Source: Nitrospirota bacterium (lineage in GTDB: Bacteria; Nitrospirota; UBA9217). From it: a stretch of 64,000 nucleotides of DNA. The position numbers and the translations under genes are program-made. Below the pieces are notes generated by a model. It was not told the DNA's origin. It saw only the letters and a list, made by a program, of their open reading frames with translations, and did not search any database. The stretch covers positions 384,001 to 448,000 of the forward strand of contig CAWIYV010000014.1 in assembly GCA_963840455.1 (NCBI GenBank), read 5' to 3'. Below, in pieces: positions 60,906 through 64,000 of this stretch. Position 1 is the stretch's first letter. Every line of letters starts with the position of its first letter.

Positions 60906-61043
60906 GCAAGATCTCCTTCGATTGATAGATTGTTACTGCTGGAGTAACCTAACAGACGGCTTGCTCCCTGATGGGGCAGCCGTGTTCGCAGACATGATCC
61001 CATCACCTCCTTGTGGACGCCCGCCTGTGCGCGCTCGTTCGAA

Positions 61044-61091
61044 CAAAAAAGCCGGGCGCCTCGATATCGAAGATATTTCGGCAGCCCGGCT
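61044..61091 (-). terminator. Riboswitch expression-platform terminator
   Basis: GCCGGGC...GCCCGGC-TTTTTT on the minus strand, overlapping the aptamer 3' end. Confidence 0.8.
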
Positions 61092-61155
61092 GTCTCATGG
61101 AGATCCTGGGGTTTTCCGCCCCATCCTCGCGGATGGTTGAGTATTATCGTGTATC
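61072..61155 (-). ncRNA. GEMM-I cyclic dinucleotide riboswitch (c-di-GMP-I family, probably the 3',3'-cGAMP-sensing subtype)
   Basis: Minus strand CGAUAAUACUCAACCAUCC-GCGA-GGAUGGGGCGGAAAACC..GAGACAGCCGGGCUGCCGAAAUAUC; GNRA-capped P2 and layout as in Geobacter GEMM-Ib aptamers. Confidence 0.88.
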
Positions 61156-61173
61156 TATTGTTGCCTGCCTTAT

Positions 61174-61189
61174 AGCAAGGGCCGTGCCA
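61174..61189 (-). promoter_or_regulatory. Sigma54 (RpoN) -24/-12 promoter
   Basis: TGGCACG-GCCC-TTGCT, exact consensus, just upstream of the riboswitch. Confidence 0.85.
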
Positions 61190-61437
61190 ATTCCGGCAAG
61201 ACAGGCTTTAAGCGTTGTTTACGAGGATATTCGCGGTGTTACGAAGGAGTCGCAGAAGAGTTTTCCCCGGCGTGCTGTAGGCTTTTTCCTACGATCAAAG
61301 TGACCGTCCGATGGGAAAAAAGGGAGATGCACTGGAATATCAACAAGTTCAGGAGCTGTATGCTTTTGCAAACAGATGGAGGGTAAAGCCTAGATCGTTT
61401 CGGATCAGATGAATTTAACGAGGTCACCCCATGCCGA

Positions 61438-61887
61438 TCAAAACATCCCGTTCGTGTTGGCGGCTTTCTCGGGTATCTCCTGGTTAACGTCCCAGTGCTC
61501 CACGATCTTGCCGTTCTCGAGCCTGAAGATATCGACAATGGCGCTGCCGCGTGTGCCAGGCTCCCGTACTGCGTGCACGTGCAGGATTACATGGTCTCCG
61601 TCGGCGAACACGCGCTTGATCTCGCTGTGCGAGTTCGGATACCTTTCCCGAAGGAACTTGAGGAACGCTTGCAGCCCCGTTGCGCCGTCGGCTGCATTCG
61701 GGTTGTGCTGGGTGTATTTCGGGCCCATGTACTTCGAGGCTGCCTCGAAATCCTTCTGATTGATCGCCTTCTCGTAGAATTCGACCACGGCCCTCTTGTT
61801 CTGTTCCTCCTGCTTGTCGGCACCGAATACCGCGTGCGTCATAAGGACCAAGCCTAAGATCATTACAGCGCTCACGATCCTGATCAT
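61438..61887 (-). CDS. Secreted SnoaL/NTF2-like protein
   Basis: Signal peptide; NKRAVVEFY, YTQHNP, VDIFRLENGKIVEHWDV. Confidence 0.88.
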   Translation of the reverse strand: MIRIVSAVMILGLVLMTHAVFGADKQEEQNKRAVVEFYEKAINQKDFEAASKYMGPKYTQHNPNAADGATGLQAFLKFLRERYPNSHSEIKRVFADGDHVILHVHAVREPGTRGSAIVDIFRLENGKIVEHWDVNQEIPEKAANTNGMF

Positions 61888-62116
61888 ACCGTCCTCCGCG
61901 TATTACCTGTTACCAGGGATTTGATCTGTCTTTCTCTTCATTATTATATCAGCAAAACGAGGTGTGTTCTCATATCGCAAAGTGTACATATCGTCTCCCT
62001 GCATCTCAGGTCGCCTGCCCGGTACTTTCTCCGCTGGCATCCCCGAAGTTCTCCCTGCGATGTATAATACCATTAGGGAATGATCTGACATTATCCGGGA
62101 AAAGGAGGACCTGCTT

Positions 62117-62503
62117 ATGAAACAGCTTGCAAAGTATGAAAGTCAGGCCTACGCCTTGATGCGCATCGTGGCGGGATTCATGTTCTCATTCCATGGAGCA
62201 CAGAAGGTCCTGGGGATGCTCGCTGAGATGCAGCCGGCGATTGGATCGCAGCTCTGGATCGGCGGAGTCATCGAACTCGTCGGAGGGCTTGCGATCATGC
62301 TGGGCTTAAGGACCCGCTGGGCCGCCTTCATCTGCAGCGGCGAGATGGCCGTGGCCTATTTCCAGTTCCACTGGAAGTTCCAAATGGGACCCGCGTTTTT
62401 TCCCGGCGTGAACAAAGGTGAGCTGGCCGTCCTCTACTGCTTCGTGTTCCTTCTCATTGCCTGTAAAGGCGCGGGCATATGGAGCCTGGACAAGGCGGAT
62501 TAA
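62117..62503 (+). CDS. DoxX family membrane protein
   Basis: RIVAG..FHGAQK, ELVGG, GEMAVAYF, NKGEL, GAGIWSLD. Confidence 0.9.
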   Translation: MKQLAKYESQAYALMRIVAGFMFSFHGAQKVLGMLAEMQPAIGSQLWIGGVIELVGGLAIMLGLRTRWAAFICSGEMAVAYFQFHWKFQMGPAFFPGVNKGELAVLYCFVFLLIACKGAGIWSLDKAD

Positions 62504-62819
62504 AGAACAGCACCGAAAATCATCAAGGTGGATCATCCTGCTTGTCTGTTATTTACCACGATTATCTGGGAACACGAGATCTCTCATATCTGCAAGGCTT
62601 CTGCCTGCTTGATTACAAGGAGCCCTGCAGACCAGCGTGAAAACGAAGGTCTTCAGGCGCTCCTCGACCGGGTCCATCCGTTTCTTTATTGCCACCACAT
62701 TCGATGGTTTTTCATGTTCATCACCTTCCGTTCCGGGACAGGCATTGGATCGCGGTAAATCTTCGCTTATGGGCTCTATTCATTTGGGAGCTGCTGCTAC
62801 TTGCCGGCAGCCGGCGAGG

Positions 62820-62881
62820 GATCCAAGTGGAGCGCATTCCCCGTAGTTTGCTGCGGGTTAGCATGCTGCAGGGAGCTTCAA
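62820..62881 (+). repeat. Truncated unit of the palindromic dispersed repeat
   Basis: GATCCAAG..GAGCGCATTCCCCGTAGTTTGCTGCGGGTTAGC..GCTGCAGGGAGCTTCAA. Confidence 0.75.
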
Positions 62882-63228
62882 TGCCTTGACCCGCCGCCTT
62901 CCATGAATATTATAACTCTCTGGACATCGATGGGTTGCATCGCCATGGATAACGTAGGGCATGCAGAAGACATACCGCTCGAACCTGACTCGGTACCCGG
63001 TTGCCACCTGTTTTGTACGTCCGTTCCCCAAACGATTTGAAGGTGTCCCGTCATCAGGCTGCGATCAGGATGACCATTTCACTTTGAAACGCTTTTGCCC
63101 AACACTGCGCACCTATGCAAGCTGATCAAAAAAATTGTGTTAGAGTTGTGTTTGATTATAAGAATTCCACGGAGTTATAATATAGAGCAGTTGTATATGT
63201 TGGACAGAGGGAAGGAGGTGTATTGATC

Positions 63229-63867
63229 ATGTTGAAGCGAATTATCGCGACCATGCTTTCCCTGGCGTTGGTAACCATGTTCACAGCGGCTCCACCCGCA
63301 GCCTGGGGAAAGGGCATGAAGGAGACGCCGAAAGGCGTTGAGCTGAAGATGGCGTTGCGGGACCTGTGGCTGGGACATATTTTCTGGGTCCGGTCCGTGG
63401 TCTTCGCGACAAATTACGGTGACGCCGGTTCGGCCAAGGTGGCCGAGGAGAACGTGGTGAAGAACGCACGGGCCATCGGCGATGCCGTTGCCGGCTATTA
63501 CGGGAAGGAAGCGGGCGACAAGCTGTTCGGGCTGCTCGCAGGCCATTACGGCGCGGTGAAGGAGTATCTGACCGCGGCCATGGCTGGTAACAAGGGCGGC
63601 AAGGACACGGCGGTCGACAAGCTGAAAAAGAACGCCGAGGAGATCGCAACGTTTCTGAGTTCAGCGAATCCGAAGAACTGGCCGAAGGAAACGCTGGTGT
63701 CGCTCCTGATGGCCCACGGTGGTCATCACATCATGCAGATAGATCAGGTCATCATGAAGGACTATGGCGCCGAAGCGGCGACCTGGGACACCATGCGGAT
63801 GCATATCTACACGATCGCTGATGCGCTGGCAGGCGGGATCGAGAAGCAGTTCCCGAAGAAGTTCTAG
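63229..63867 (+). CDS. Secreted helical protein with regularly spaced His residues (unknown function)
   Basis: AAGGAGGTG RBS; signal peptide; LWLGH, LLAGH, LMAHGGHH, MRMH; KQFP end. Confidence 0.75.
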   Translation: MLKRIIATMLSLALVTMFTAAPPAAWGKGMKETPKGVELKMALRDLWLGHIFWVRSVVFATNYGDAGSAKVAEENVVKNARAIGDAVAGYYGKEAGDKLFGLLAGHYGAVKEYLTAAMAGNKGGKDTAVDKLKKNAEEIATFLSSANPKNWPKETLVSLLMAHGGHHIMQIDQVIMKDYGAEAATWDTMRMHIYTIADALAGGIEKQFPKKF

Positions 63868-64000
63868 CGTATAGAAGAAATAACGATGAAGGTGAAGGGA
63901 ATGGATCGAGCAGGTCCATTCCCCTTGTTCGTTCTTTATCCGGCGGTTGCTCGTTTCACGACATCTCACCGGGCAGGACCTTTTCTTCAGGGCTTTGAGC

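Noticed and set aside
62528-63170. Short ORFs or a possible riboswitch between doxX and the last gene
   Set aside because: No recognisable motifs or aptamer consensus; only a truncated repeat unit is supportable

Overview
GC-rich bacterial chromosomal window; gene content and style suggest an anaerobic Nitrospirota or deltaproteobacteria-like organism (inference). Housekeeping content: GH57 glucanotransferase, uppS-cdsA-dxr-rseP-ispG-proS, mdh-fumAB-apt, a group 3b-type [NiFe] hydrogenase operon, peptidoglycan-recycling genes (MurU-AmgK fusion, NamZ), a complete type II secretion cluster gspC-N next to an omptin and a TraF/FadL-like barrel, radA and aroF. Several signals are missed by the ORF track. 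(1) An exported membrane protein with three tandem, diverged Hint (intein-like) domains, each cut as Gly|Cys...His-Asn|Lys inside a poly-Gly tract, ahead of two Tim44-like domains and paired with a DUF350-like gene. (2) Two probable selenoproteins (a CxxU NifU-like protein and a multiheme cytochrome c), each with an in-frame TGA followed by a GGTC-loop SECIS-like hairpin. (3) A sigma54 promoter and a GEMM-I (probably cGAMP-type) riboswitch driving a lipoprotein cytochrome with a thrombospondin-like repeat stalk. (4) An integron attC site. (5) A ~110-bp palindromic mobile repeat in about six places. (6) 7-9-nt-period inverted tandem repeats in many operon junctions, some translated into protein termini and some carrying a nested mini-hairpin. 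No rRNA, tRNA or CRISPR array was seen.
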